Numbered from the stretch's first letter, positions 27,796-38,284 are shown. The stretch is 61,723 nt of DNA from Clostridia bacterium (GCA_045600145.1 JAZRXI010000087.1:1-61723), one strand, 5' to 3'. Notes: generated by a model not told the origin, from the letters alone. Numbers and translations: made by a program.

Positions 27796-29585
27796 ATGCT
27801 CATAATCTCCTCAAATTCGTCAAGCGTTGATTCAAACAGTTTGAGTGCGGTGCTGACAGTTTCTTTTTTTGACATATCAACTCCTGCAAGCTTCAAAAGC
27901 TCTACGGGGAAATCACTTCCGCCGGATGAAAGAAATTTTATATAATCATCCACTGCCGGCTGACCTTCGTTCGTGATTCTGTCGGCGATCGCCACTGCGG
28001 CAGAAAAGCCCGTCGCGTATTGATAAACGTAATAGCAGTTGTAGAAATGCGGTATGCGCGCCCATTCGGTTTCGATGTATTTATCAGTTTCGATGGCGTC
28101 CGAATAGTACATACGGTTGAGATCACCGTACAGCTTGTTCAGCGTATTTACGGTAAGGCTTTCACCGTTTTCTGCCATTGTGTGTACCTTGTATTCAAAT
28201 TCCGCAAACATTGTCTGACGATGCAAGGTGGCACGGAATTGCTCAAGAAGATGATTCAGTAAATACGCCCTTGAGGTTTTATCTGTGCAGGTCTTTAGTA
28301 GATATTTTAGCAACAAAACTTCGTTGACCGTTGACGCGACCTCCGCAACGAAAATGCGGTACTGCGCCTTTTCATAGGGGAGAGAGGCATCAGAGAAATA
28401 TGTGTGCATCGAATGACCCAATTCGTGAATAAGAGTAAAAACATCGTCAAGCCGATCATGATAGTTAAGAAGCATGTACGGATGCGTGCCGTATGCACCC
28501 CATGAGTAAGCGCCGCTCGTTTTGCCCTTATTTTCATATACGTCTATCCAATTTTCATTAAAGGCGCGGTCAAGCAGATGCCTGTATTTTTCGCCTAAAG
28601 GCTCAAGGGCGGCTTTGATGAGTGACTGCGCGTCGGAATAGGTGTATTTCTTTTCGTCTGTCTTGACAACCGGTACGTTGATATCGTACATTTTTAAGGA
28701 ATCAACACCGAGAAGTTTTTTACGCAATCTGATATAGCGGTGAAGCTGCGGCAGGCTGTCGTGTACCGCCTCACATAATCCGTCGTATACGCTTGTCGGA
28801 ATATTGCTTGCGAAAAGCTCGCCTTCAAGCACACTGCCGTATTTGCGGGCGCGCGCATAAAAGATATCTTTCTTGACGCTTGAGGCGTACAGTGATGCAA
28901 GCGTATTTATGCTTCCCATGTGCGCATTATACATTGATTCATATGCCTGCCTTCTGACTTCACGGTCTTTATTCTGCATCAGCAGACCGTACATGCCATG
29001 CGAAAGCTCGGTCACTGTACCATCTGGCATTTTGACAGAGTCAAATTTCATGTCAACGTCATCGAGCATAGTGAATATAGTATCATATGAGTTTGCCATT
29101 TCTCCCGAAAGTGCAAGCAGACGTTCTTCGGGCTCTGAAAGCAGATGCTGTTTGTTCCGTACTATTGATTTAAGAAAAAGTGAGTTGTCTTCAAATATCT
29201 GCTCATCTGCCCATTTTAACAGAATACCGTCATCTATGGCGTTCAGCTCGGGAGTGACGAAGGCTGTTTTTGTGTCAAGCTCGGTAAGCAGGGCGTAGGC
29301 ACGGTCGCACATAGCGACGCTCGCGTCATTGCCGTTATCCTCATCACGTTTCATTTTTGCGTACACGAACAGTTTTTCCGAAAGGACAGATATTTCATGG
29401 TCAAGCACAAAGAACTTTTTCAGTTCATTTTTGTCGCTTAGTTTGCCCTTGAATTCGCATATTTGCGGGATCATTTCTTTAAGCTTGTTAAAGAACTTTT
29501 CCCATTCTGCATCGCCGTTGATGATGTCATTCAGATTCCATTTGAATTTTTCGTTGATGTCTTTGCGTTCTTTCAGTTCGCTCAT
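27792..29585 (-). CDS. pepF: Oligoendopeptidase F (M3B metallopeptidase)
   Basis: 597 aa with the HELGH zinc motif (LIHELGHSMH) and typical PepF N-terminus (WNLNDI...). Confidence 0.9.
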   Translation of the reverse strand: MSELKERKDINEKFKWNLNDIINGDAEWEKFFNKLKEMIPQICEFKGKLSDKNELKKFFVLDHEISVLSEKLFVYAKMKRDEDNGNDASVAMCDRAYALLTELDTKTAFVTPELNAIDDGILLKWADEQIFEDNSLFLKSIVRNKQHLLSEPEERLLALSGEMANSYDTIFTMLDDVDMKFDSVKMPDGTVTELSHGMYGLLMQNKDREVRRQAYESMYNAHMGSINTLASLYASSVKKDIFYARARKYGSVLEGELFASNIPTSVYDGLCEAVHDSLPQLHRYIRLRKKLLGVDSLKMYDINVPVVKTDEKKYTYSDAQSLIKAALEPLGEKYRHLLDRAFNENWIDVYENKGKTSGAYSWGAYGTHPYMLLNYHDRLDDVFTLIHELGHSMHTYFSDASLPYEKAQYRIFVAEVASTVNEVLLLKYLLKTCTDKTSRAYLLNHLLEQFRATLHRQTMFAEFEYKVHTMAENGESLTVNTLNKLYGDLNRMYYSDAIETDKYIETEWARIPHFYNCYYVYQYATGFSAAVAIADRITNEGQPAVDDYIKFLSSGGSDFPVELLKLAGVDMSKKETVSTALKLFESTLDEFEEIMSI

Positions 29586-29603
29586 GGTTAAATTACTCCG
29601 GGT

Positions 29604-30956
29604 TTATTTTATTTTGCCGTCACACGCCCTTTCTATCGCTTTCGCTATTGAAAGAGCATAGCGGTCAATTTCGTCTACATCATTGCCCTCAAGCATTACG
29701 CGGATAAGCGGCTCTGTTCCGCTTGCACGAATCAAAGTGCGCCCGCGTCCCTTGAGTGCATCATCAGCTTTTTTGATTTCAGCAAGAATCGTTTCGTCGG
29801 TCTTATAGAGGTCTTTTTTGCTGTTATCGACCTTTATGTTTATAAGCACCTGCGGAAGATTCTGCATATCCTTCACAAGCTCGCTCATTTTAAGCTTTGT
29901 AAGCACTTTCGCCCTTAAGAGCTGAAGTGCCGTAACCATTCCGTCACCGGTAGTGTTGTATTCAAGGAAAATCACATGTCCGCTCTTTTCACCGCCGATA
30001 CTCAAGTCCTTTTCAAGCATGCGTTCAAGCACATATCTGTCACCGACGGCAGTTTTTTCAAACTTGAGACCTGCTTTTTGGGTAAATATCTCAAGACCCA
30101 TGTTGCTCATGACTGTGCCGACGATCGTATCCTGCTTAAGTCTGCCTTCGTTATGAAGCATTCTGCCGCAGGCGGCAAGCACATGGTCTCCGTCGACCTC
30201 AACGCCGCGCTCGTCGCAGGCGATAAGACGGTCGGCATCGCCGTCAAAAGCAAGTCCGAGGTCGGCGCCTGTTTCCTTTACAAGCTCGCAAATGCGGTCT
30301 GAATGTGTTGAACCGCAATTCTTGTTTATGTCTGTGCCGTCGGGATGATTGTAATAGGCAAGCACCTCGGCGCCGAGCTCCTTGAATAGTACGGGCGCAA
30401 TCTCACTTGAAGCGCCGTTTGCGCAATCTACAACGATTTTAAGCCCGTTGAAGCGAACGTCAACGGTAGATTCGAGAAAATCAAGGTAATCACGCACTGC
30501 GTTGTCCATGGAAAACATCCTGCCGACATCGACGCCGATCGGATGGGACATGCCGCCGTTTTCGATAAGCTCCTGGATTTTATCTTCTGTGGCGTCGGGA
30601 AGCTTGAAGCCTTTGCCGTCAAAAAACTTGATGCCGTTAAATTCAACTGAGTTATGTGATGCGGAAATAACAACTCCGGCATCGGCATGATACAGCCGCG
30701 TAAGATACGCGATCGCGGGAGTAGGAACGACCCCAACCGTAAGCACATCGGCTCCGACACTCATTATGCCCGCCGAAAGCGCGGCTTCGAGCATATAGCC
30801 GGAAATCCTTGTATCACGTCCGATAAGAATTTTAGGTCTGTTGATTTCGCTTGCGAGCACTGTGGCACCTGCCTGACCGAGCTTGAACGCAAGCTCCGGA
30901 GTAAGCTCACTGTTTGCAATTCCGCGTACACCGTCTGTTCCGAACAATCTTGCCAT
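29604..30956 (-). CDS. glmM: Phosphoglucosamine mutase
   Basis: MARLFGTDGVRG N-terminus, active-site SASHN, and a 450-aa alpha-D-phosphohexomutase layout. Confidence 0.95.
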   Translation of the reverse strand: MARLFGTDGVRGIANSELTPELAFKLGQAGATVLASEINRPKILIGRDTRISGYMLEAALSAGIMSVGADVLTVGVVPTPAIAYLTRLYHADAGVVISASHNSVEFNGIKFFDGKGFKLPDATEDKIQELIENGGMSHPIGVDVGRMFSMDNAVRDYLDFLESTVDVRFNGLKIVVDCANGASSEIAPVLFKELGAEVLAYYNHPDGTDINKNCGSTHSDRICELVKETGADLGLAFDGDADRLIACDERGVEVDGDHVLAACGRMLHNEGRLKQDTIVGTVMSNMGLEIFTQKAGLKFEKTAVGDRYVLERMLEKDLSIGGEKSGHVIFLEYNTTGDGMVTALQLLRAKVLTKLKMSELVKDMQNLPQVLINIKVDNSKKDLYKTDETILAEIKKADDALKGRGRTLIRASGTEPLIRVMLEGNDVDEIDRYALSIAKAIERACDGKIK

Positions 30957-31051
30957 AAGTAGTATTCTCCTAAACTGTTAATTTATGTATGAGCCTAAAA
31001 TCACTCATTACACAAATTATATCATGTATTGCTTGAAATTGCAACAATCTT

Positions 31052-31327
31052 TTACAGCTTCGAAGCTTTTATTGCAAGATATTTTTCTCTTGTGGCTATT
31101 CCGCCGCGGATATGGCGTTCATCCTTGTGCTCCTCGAGAATAAGCTTGACTGCCGAAAAGAGAGTCGGATTGATATGCTCCAGACGCTCCGTCACATCCT
31201 TATGTACGGTACTTTTGCTTATTCCGAATTTTGTTGCCGCGCCTCGTACGGTATCGCGTGTATTGATGATATATGATGCCAATTCAAGTGCGCGTTCCTC
31301 AATGGAAGAATCAAACATAAAACCCAT
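31052..31327 (-). CDS. spoIIID: Sporulation transcriptional regulator SpoIIID
   Basis: FGISKSTVHKDVTERL...HIRGGIATREKY matches the SpoIIID HTH. The true start may be the ATG at 31318. Confidence 0.9.
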   Translation of the reverse strand: MGFMFDSSIEERALELASYIINTRDTVRGAATKFGISKSTVHKDVTERLEHINPTLFSAVKLILEEHKDERHIRGGIATREKYLAIKASKL

Positions 31328-31378
31328 TCCTTTCGTTATGCTAAAGCATATTCCGGAAAGGAAAGGGTTAGAACTTTT

Positions 31379-34300
31379 TCAGTTTATGTATTGCTTGAGT
31401 AATACCGAATCTTTTGCGTTGATAACGCCGTCTCCGTTCATATCGGCAGAGTCAAAGCTCGGGAGAACGCCTCCCTTTAAGAGATATTCACGCAGCATTG
31501 TATAGTCAGTTGTATCGGAAAGCCCGTCGCAGTTGATGTCACCCTTTACCGAAACGGTATATAATACCGTGCTCTGTGGGTAATTGAGAGCAAGCACGCA
31601 TCCCGATGAAACGATATCATTGTCGTCGAGCACATTTCCGTTTTTAAGTATTGAAAAGTTTTGGGGAAGGTACTGTATGTTCGCAAGCATTTCACCTACA
31701 TGTGTACCCGGCAGTACGTTTGTTATTTTCGTTTCGCGTATGCTGTAAGTTCCGGACGCGATGCTTTTGTATGCCGGCATTTTGAAGTTTGCTTCGGCAA
31801 AGCCGAAGAAAGCACCGTAGTAGCGTGCACGGAGCGTGACTGTCTTACCGAGGACACTGTCATCGGGAACATATGTCTGATCTGTGGCTATCTGGATACC
31901 GTCAACAAGCCATTCAAAAGCGGCGGGGAGAGGCGCATTTGCAGTCAACCATGTATCGGCGGTACCGGTTATCGTGACGGGATAATTACTCGCACTTGCA
32001 AGCAATGAGGTATCAATAGGGTTATCTGTAAGCTGTGGGTGCATGTATTCTTGACCGAATGTCCATATGGCGGAAAAATCGAATCCTCCGTATGCGGTTT
32101 GGATAGTTGAATCTTCCCAACTTAGTTTTTGGGCGTAATTATCATTGCCATTGGTATAAAAGCAATCCGCTACGGTGCCGCCGTCGGCGGATGCGGTAAC
32201 GGCGCCGATATGTGCGGAATCATAGCTGTATCCGCTGATACTACCGAGACTGTAAGAGTGCCTAAGCTCTGAATAAGCGAGTGAAGATATGATTCCGCCC
32301 GCATAAAGCGGTGATCGAGCCGAGTGAGCGTATATGTTTCCGGCATTAAACAGATTCTCGGCAATAAGCGTGTTGCCGGAATTTCCGGAAGTGTTTTTGT
32401 ATGCTCCGATTATGCCGCCGACATTCACGGATGATGCTTCGACAGAAATACTGCCGAGGTTAAAACATTTTGAAACGTTTATGTGAGATATTCCGCTGAA
32501 TGACGAAATATAGCCCGTTATACCGCCGGCATACGCGACAGAGGAATCGGCTATACTAAGTGTCCCGTAAGAGGCAGATGTATTTAATGAGGGCTTTGCG
32601 CCAGAAGAAGCAAGACATACACCGACTATTCCGCCGACAGATGCGTTTTCGATGCGATCCTTAACGGTAACACTGCCGCTGAAGGTGCAGTCGGAAATAT
32701 TCACACCATCGGAGGAGCATTCATAATAACCGACGATGCCGCCGCAGTAGGCAATGCCGAACGATGATGAGCCTTCGACCGTTGCGTCGGATGTGACGGA
32801 GTGAAGAAGGGTGTTCCGTGCGTGAGATACGGCAGATCCGATACAACCCGATCCCGAAACCGTGCCGGATATGTTCAAGTCTGTAACAGTAGTACCGTCA
32901 CATACGTTGAACAGCGCGGATGAGTTTCCCTTGAGCGTCACCGTATGACCGTTGCCTATGACAGTTCCCGTAAGGGGGTCGTATATACTGCCGATACCGC
33001 GGAAATCAGTAACTTCTGCGTCGTTCATGAAAAAGTAGCTGTTATGCGGAAAATAACGTGCGGTTTCAAGATTTTCACCTGAATAGATCGGAATAAAGTC
33101 ATTGCCGAGTGAACGGAGCAAATCACGTTCGGTATAGGAGTTGTACATATTTACATTGTAGTATGTTGATGCACCCATATAATCCAGCGTTATCTTATTC
33201 GGACCAGGTACGAGCGAGGAACGGCTTACGGTAAAACCGTTTGTGAGCATTTCACTTGTACCGTCGGTGTAAACGACTTTGAGTGAAAGTCCTGATGTCG
33301 AAAACGAGGTGTCGCCCGAAATGTACTCTGTTAGCACGGGGAGTGAAGCTACGGTAAGCTCGGCAGGCGCTTTTGAAAACGATATCGGATTGCTTTTGAG
33401 CTCCGGATATTTGAAATCGCCGGATTCGGCAAATTTCCATGTATTATTGAAATTAAAACCGGTAAAAGTCGATTGTGTGCACATCTGCGCATATGTGACG
33501 GGGGAAACCGAGCCGTTGGGAACATCATACTGAACGGAATTTGAAAGGAAAAAACAGGCGTCGACAGTCAGATGCGTGCCGCCGGATATCCCGCCGCAGG
33601 TGCCTTCTTGAGATATGATCCCTGCGTTGTAGCATCGGCTTACGGTAAGTGCATGCGCTGATTTTGACGTCGTTCCGCCGACAATGCCGCCCAAGATGGC
33701 AGACGTGCTTTCGGAATACACAGAACCGAGATTGAAACAATCGGCGATCACGGTAGAGCCGTCGGAGGATGAGTAGCCTAAAATACCGCCGCCGTATATG
33801 CTGTTTGTGACTACTTTACCGGAATTGAAGCTATTTGCGATACTTATTGAATTATAGCTTGAGTGGGCGTATGTCTGCCCTATGAGACCTCCGGTGTACG
33901 TATCTGCGGAAATTATGCCGTAATTGGAACAGCCATTCAATGTGCCTCCGGTAAAACGTCCGCAGATGCCGCCGCAGTAGTTTTCGGCAATGATGTTTCC
34001 GTGATTGTGACATCCTGAAAAGCGGCTGCCTAGGCTGATCCCACAAAAGCCTCCGGAATATGAATCGCATGAAACGTTGCAGTAATTCAGGCAGTTTTCG
34101 AAAATCGAATCCCTGCATCCACCGGCAAATGCACCGCAATATGAGCAGGAAAGCTTTTCAAATGGCTGAATGGTGACGCGATCATCAATATCACCGTAAA
34201 GCGACAAATCGGATATTTTTGCACCGTAAACGAAAGCAAAGAGTCCGCAATAGCTCTTTTTTTCGGAAAATGTAAGATTCTTTACCGAATGACCGTTGCC

Positions 34301-34528
34301 GTCAAGCGTTCCGGTAAACGGGGAAGCGGCACTGCCGATAGGCGTCCACGGGTCAGTGAGCGTTATGTCGTTCATGAGCCTGTAGCTTCCGGAAAGATTG
34401 TGTGAAATGTTTTTGAGGTCATTTACGGTGTATATCGGCTGTACCGAATCCGCGGCAATCGTCACTACGGATGAAAGTATAAGTATAACTGTCCAAACAG
34501 CGCACAAGTATATATGTGTTTTTTTCAC
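31379..34528 (-). CDS. Large secreted repeat protein with GLUG-type G-G-[ILV]-x-G repeats and a C-terminal type-I-like dockerin
   Basis: Signal peptide (MKKTHIYLCAVWTVILILSSVV). Dozens of GG(I/L)(I/V/A/C)G repeats. C-terminus GDINCDGLSDTTDYTMLREYLL...DMNGDGVINAKDSVLLKQYIN carries two dockerin Ca-binding loops. Confidence 0.75.
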   Translation of the reverse strand: MKKTHIYLCAVWTVILILSSVVTIAADSVQPIYTVNDLKNISHNLSGSYRLMNDITLTDPWTPIGSAASPFTGTLDGNGHSVKNLTFSEKKSYCGLFAFVYGAKISDLSLYGDIDDRVTIQPFEKLSCSYCGAFAGGCRDSIFENCLNYCNVSCDSYSGGFCGISLGSRFSGCHNHGNIIAENYCGGICGRFTGGTLNGCSNYGIISADTYTGGLIGQTYAHSSYNSISIANSFNSGKVVTNSIYGGGILGYSSSDGSTVIADCFNLGSVYSESTSAILGGIVGGTTSKSAHALTVSRCYNAGIISQEGTCGGISGGTHLTVDACFFLSNSVQYDVPNGSVSPVTYAQMCTQSTFTGFNFNNTWKFAESGDFKYPELKSNPISFSKAPAELTVASLPVLTEYISGDTSFSTSGLSLKVVYTDGTSEMLTNGFTVSRSSLVPGPNKITLDYMGASTYYNVNMYNSYTERDLLRSLGNDFIPIYSGENLETARYFPHNSYFFMNDAEVTDFRGIGSIYDPLTGTVIGNGHTVTLKGNSSALFNVCDGTTVTDLNISGTVSGSGCIGSAVSHARNTLLHSVTSDATVEGSSSFGIAYCGGIVGYYECSSDGVNISDCTFSGSVTVKDRIENASVGGIVGVCLASSGAKPSLNTSASYGTLSIADSSVAYAGGITGYISSFSGISHINVSKCFNLGSISVEASSVNVGGIIGAYKNTSGNSGNTLIAENLFNAGNIYAHSARSPLYAGGIISSLAYSELRHSYSLGSISGYSYDSAHIGAVTASADGGTVADCFYTNGNDNYAQKLSWEDSTIQTAYGGFDFSAIWTFGQEYMHPQLTDNPIDTSLLASASNYPVTITGTADTWLTANAPLPAAFEWLVDGIQIATDQTYVPDDSVLGKTVTLRARYYGAFFGFAEANFKMPAYKSIASGTYSIRETKITNVLPGTHVGEMLANIQYLPQNFSILKNGNVLDDNDIVSSGCVLALNYPQSTVLYTVSVKGDINCDGLSDTTDYTMLREYLLKGGVLPSFDSADMNGDGVINAKDSVLLKQYIN

Positions 34529-34587
34529 CGAATGTACCCCCTATGAATTATAGCATAACATTTACATATCGAAACCGTAGACGCATT

Positions 34588-35343
34588 TTAACAAAAGCAC
34601 AGGCACGGCATGAATCTTCCACCGCAAAGCAGGCATATAAGTATTGAAGCGAGATTGTAACAAAGACGTCCGTTGGGAAATCCGTATGTCGCGGTGCGTT
34701 GAGAATACGTGTTACCCGATGCTTTTATTTTGTCAAGCAAATCACGATAAGCGGTATTGCCGGGCTCATGCCGGACTGCCATGGAAGCATAGCTTAGCGC
34801 CGCCGCTTTGTTGCCGATATTGTAATTGGCTATTGCATTCAGATAATACCATTCGCCGTCGCGTGTGCCGATGGCATCAAGTAGGCGGATAGCTTCATTG
34901 TACTTGTGATTTTTTATTTTTTCACGTACTTCGCTGTAGCGTGTATTGCCCGAAGAATAAAAGCTCGACGTATCGAAAGAATCTCCGTAAGTTTTGTAAT
35001 CCGTATTACTGCCGTTTCCGTCAAAGCCTCCGAAACCGCCGAAGCCCCCAAAACCTCCAAAACCTCCGTAATTACCGAAGCCTCCGTAATTACCGTATCC
35101 GCCGTATCCGCTTGTGCGGTTGCCGTATGAGCCGGATGTGCTTCCGCCGGAGGAATATGAGGGATCCTTGCCCGAACGCAGTGTGTTATACGCGTCGTTT
35201 ATTTCGCGCATTTTTGCCTCTGCCGCGGCATCACCGGGATTCAGGTCGGGATGATACTTTTTCGCAAGCTTTTTGTATGCCTTGGAAATTTCATCCTGTG
35301 TAGCGCCGGGCGAAACGCCGAGTATTTTATACGGGTCGTTCAC
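34588..35343 (-). CDS. J-domain (DnaJ-like) protein with a Gly/Tyr-rich linker, TPR-like region and Cys-rich hydrophobic C-terminus
   Basis: [36 protein letters not shown] (HPD motif), a GGFG repeats tract, and C-terminal [18 protein letters not shown]. Confidence 0.8.
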   Translation of the reverse strand: MNDPYKILGVSPGATQDEISKAYKKLAKKYHPDLNPGDAAAEAKMREINDAYNTLRSGKDPSYSSGGSTSGSYGNRTSGYGGYGNYGGFGNYGGFGGFGGFGGFGGFDGNGSNTDYKTYGDSFDTSSFYSSGNTRYSEVREKIKNHKYNEAIRLLDAIGTRDGEWYYLNAIANYNIGNKAAALSYASMAVRHEPGNTAYRDLLDKIKASGNTYSQRTATYGFPNGRLCYNLASILICLLCGGRFMPCLCFC

Positions 35344-36131
35344 TTATTCATCTCCTTGAATCTTGTCCATATGCCTGAATAAAGAATGTTTTCAATGATA
35401 TCATTGTTTTTTGTTATATTCATTTTATCATAAATATTTGTGCAATCACTCAGCAGTATTGTTAAAATTTGCTGAAAATTTGCCGAAGAAGTTTCAACTA
35501 ACGGATTATATCTGCATTTTTTGAGGTCGCTTTTGAAGTCCACACACGCATCAAGAATGTATATCGCTTTGCCGAGCGCGAAACCGAAGCCGCGAAGTAA
35601 AGCGTCATTATTATATATATCGAATAATTCCGACATTATTACTCCAAAAGCCGATGCAGGAATATCCGGATTGTGCTCGTCGTGCTTTTCGATATCGGCA
35701 AGCTCCGTGAGTTGCCTTTGTATTGCGGAGTTTTTTGCAGGATATTCCTTATCTGCTTTATTATATGCTTTGTTCAAAACGGCTTTTGATATCCGCGCAC
35801 TTTGGCTGTTGTCGTCGCATATATCGTCTGCAAGCTTATGGAAAGTAAGCAGAATATTCATAGAGGCGGCATATTCGGTGAATTTATTGGTTATTTCGCG
35901 GTGCTTAGAAAAAGGATGCAGAGCACAGCTTTTGTTTTCGACTGTTTCATTCGCGTTAAAATAACTGCTCAGAAACATTGCGAGAAATGCCATGTCAAAG
36001 TTAAGTGTCAGCTTAGCGCGAATGCCGTATTCGTTCCCGAGTGTTCTGCATAAGCCGCAGTAATATCCGCGATAGCGTGCTTTTGCGTCCTCATCCAAGC
36101 CGGCGATATTTGCATTTACATATCCGAACAT
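35340..36131 (-). CDS. DUF5685-family protein (function unknown)
   Basis: The N-terminus [32 protein letters not shown] is characteristic of this family as I recall it. Its stop overlaps the start of the J-protein gene. Confidence 0.6.
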   Translation of the reverse strand: MFGYVNANIAGLDEDAKARYRGYYCGLCRTLGNEYGIRAKLTLNFDMAFLAMFLSSYFNANETVENKSCALHPFSKHREITNKFTEYAASMNILLTFHKLADDICDDNSQSARISKAVLNKAYNKADKEYPAKNSAIQRQLTELADIEKHDEHNPDIPASAFGVIMSELFDIYNNDALLRGFGFALGKAIYILDACVDFKSDLKKCRYNPLVETSSANFQQILTILLSDCTNIYDKMNITKNNDIIENILYSGIWTRFKEMNK

Positions 36132-36147
36132 ACGAATTTTTTCGCTC

Positions 36148-37437
36148 CTATTGAAGCGTTACGGATATTTGCGACGGTGAAACAAGCTGTGCTGTGACAA
36201 CTGAAGCGTATGACGGGCTTAGTGCCACGATGGGTGTCATCTCATATGAGCCCGGTTCTTTGTTTGCCACTGAAAGCTTTACGATTATATCCGAGCTGTT
36301 TATTGATGAAAGCATATTTTGCGGTCCGGTAAGCGTTATTGAAGCTTTGATTGCGGTAGCACCGTCAGAGGTATATTTTTTCGTAAACGTTCCGCTTGTA
36401 AGTGTTACGGAATGTCCGGCGGGAATGCCTGATATAAGCACGGGACACGTAAATGTTGCGTCGGTATTACGCTCAGAAATATTGATCGCGGCCTCAGGCG
36501 TGCTTTGGTCGGGAACGAGCGAGATCCCCTCAGGGAGAATGAATTCAAGCGGTGCTGATGTAAACGATGAGTTTTTGCCTGTCAGATCTATGGGAGCGGC
36601 GGAGATCTCGGTTATTTTTTCTATTGCGTTCTTATGTCCGCATATGAGTACTTTGCCGGCAGTCATACCGTTGAATATATATCCGTCGGCGACTTTATCG
36701 GCATTTGCGCCTGATGCGGACACATTTATCGGGACTTCCTTGACGGTTTGTATGTCCATGTCCACATTAACGCGCTCGCCTGCAAATTTGATGGAATTGT
36801 TTTTCTCATCGGTAAAATCACATATTGCCGACAAAACCTCACCGTCGCGCAAGGTCGAAAGGTCTACACCGACTACGGCTTTGGTTATACGTTCGACATA
36901 ATAACGCGCGCCGGACACCGTAAGCGCATGCGGAACGACGGGCGAAAGAGAGATGAGTCCGCTTTGAAGCTCGCCGGAAACGGACAAGCTTACGGGCACA
37001 TCTTTTGATACTATGCTGTCAATTACGATCGCAGCGTTTACAGGATTGACGGACGCGAGACTTACGTCGGCGACGTTGCCGAATGAAACTATGACAGGCA
37101 GCGTCGCGGTACATTCGCTTGAAATCTTTGAGATATCGACCGTAGCCGAAATGAAGTTTTTGTCGATAAATTTATAATCGGAATGCGAAACGTTCACCTT
37201 TACGTCTACGGTTAACGGGTTTTCCGTTAAATTGTCGCGGACTGTCAGCCCCTTTGCTTCAAGCTCGTTCAAGCCTTCGATAACCACGGGAATACCAGTT
37301 ATTTGCTTTGTCCGCTCCTGATTTGTTTCGGTTATAACGAAGCTCCAAAGTATTACTGCAAACAGAATGGAAAGAAGCTTTAATCCGACATTATTGGTGA
37401 AGTATGATTTAAATGGTCTGCGATTACTTTTGCTCAT
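36148..37437 (-). CDS. cdaR: YbbR-domain protein CdaR (regulator of diadenylate cyclase)
   Basis: N-terminal TM segment followed by repeated YbbR-like beta domains. It overlaps the cdaA 3' end, as in other Firmicutes. Confidence 0.8.
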   Translation of the reverse strand: MSKSNRRPFKSYFTNNVGLKLLSILFAVILWSFVITETNQERTKQITGIPVVIEGLNELEAKGLTVRDNLTENPLTVDVKVNVSHSDYKFIDKNFISATVDISKISSECTATLPVIVSFGNVADVSLASVNPVNAAIVIDSIVSKDVPVSLSVSGELQSGLISLSPVVPHALTVSGARYYVERITKAVVGVDLSTLRDGEVLSAICDFTDEKNNSIKFAGERVNVDMDIQTVKEVPINVSASGANADKVADGYIFNGMTAGKVLICGHKNAIEKITEISAAPIDLTGKNSSFTSAPLEFILPEGISLVPDQSTPEAAINISERNTDATFTCPVLISGIPAGHSVTLTSGTFTKKYTSDGATAIKASITLTGPQNMLSSINSSDIIVKLSVANKEPGSYEMTPIVALSPSYASVVTAQLVSPSQISVTLQ

Positions 37438-38284
37438 TGCCGTTCTCCTTTCCGAAAAGCTTTAATAACAGTGCGGTCGATTTGCGGTTTTCACCGTATA
37501 TTGCATAAGCGTCGTTAAGCAGTGCGCGGAGGGTGTCGAGGTCAAGATAACGCTGAAGATTTCCGTTATGCGTCGAAGATATAACACCCGTCTCTTCACT
37601 TATCACTATAATTATCGCGTCTGAGCGTTCGCTCATACCGAGCGCGGCACGGTGACGTGTGCCGAGCGTCTTTTCTATACTGTTGTTCTCCGAAAGCGGA
37701 AGAAAACATCCGGCAGAAACTATTGTGGAACCCTTTATTACCATGGCACCGTCATGCAGGGGAGTGTTTGGTTCAAATATGTTTTCGATAAGCTCGGATG
37801 AAACCTTTGCTTCAAGTGGTGTGCCCGTTGAAATTATATCGTCAAGATTCGATTTCTGTTCAAAGACCATCAGTGCTCCGACATGACGCTTGGAAAGATG
37901 ATCGGCAACGGTGACGATTTCATTTACCGTATTCTCAATATTTTGCGAATCGTCGGAAATCCCGAACTTACCGCGCCCCAGAGTCTCAAAAACACGCCTC
38001 AGCTCGGGCTGGAACAGTACGACGATCACGACTATTCCGGATGTGAATACAGAACTTAACAGCCATGTTGTTGTCGGCAATCCCATCCATGAGGCTATGG
38101 CGAGTGCCACGATAAGTATTGCTATGCCTTTAAGTACATGTATGGCTTTTGTGTTTTCGAAAAACTTAAGTATCTGGTATATCACGAATGAGATGATTAT
38201 TATATCAATAATGTCTATAACACTTATGGATGCTATAAGACCGTTTGACAACGCTTCGTGAATACCTGAAAAAAATTCGCTCAT
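37424..38284 (-). CDS. cdaA: Membrane diadenylate cyclase CdaA (c-di-AMP synthase)
   Basis: Three N-terminal TM helices and a DAC domain with TPLHDGAMVI and GTRHRAALG motifs. Confidence 0.92.
   Translation of the reverse strand: MSEFFSGIHEALSNGLIASISVIDIIDIIIISFVIYQILKFFENTKAIHVLKGIAILIVALAIASWMGLPTTTWLLSSVFTSGIVVIVVLFQPELRRVFETLGRGKFGISDDSQNIENTVNEIVTVADHLSKRHVGALMVFEQKSNLDDIISTGTPLEAKVSSELIENIFEPNTPLHDGAMVIKGSTIVSAGCFLPLSENNSIEKTLGTRHRAALGMSERSDAIIIVISEETGVISSTHNGNLQRYLDLDTLRALLNDAYAIYGENRKSTALLLKLFGKENGNEQK

Noticed and set aside
36194-36901. 235-aa + strand ORF
   Set aside because: It is antisense to cdaR (YbbR-domain gene). cdaR's position overlapping cdaA supports the minus-strand call.
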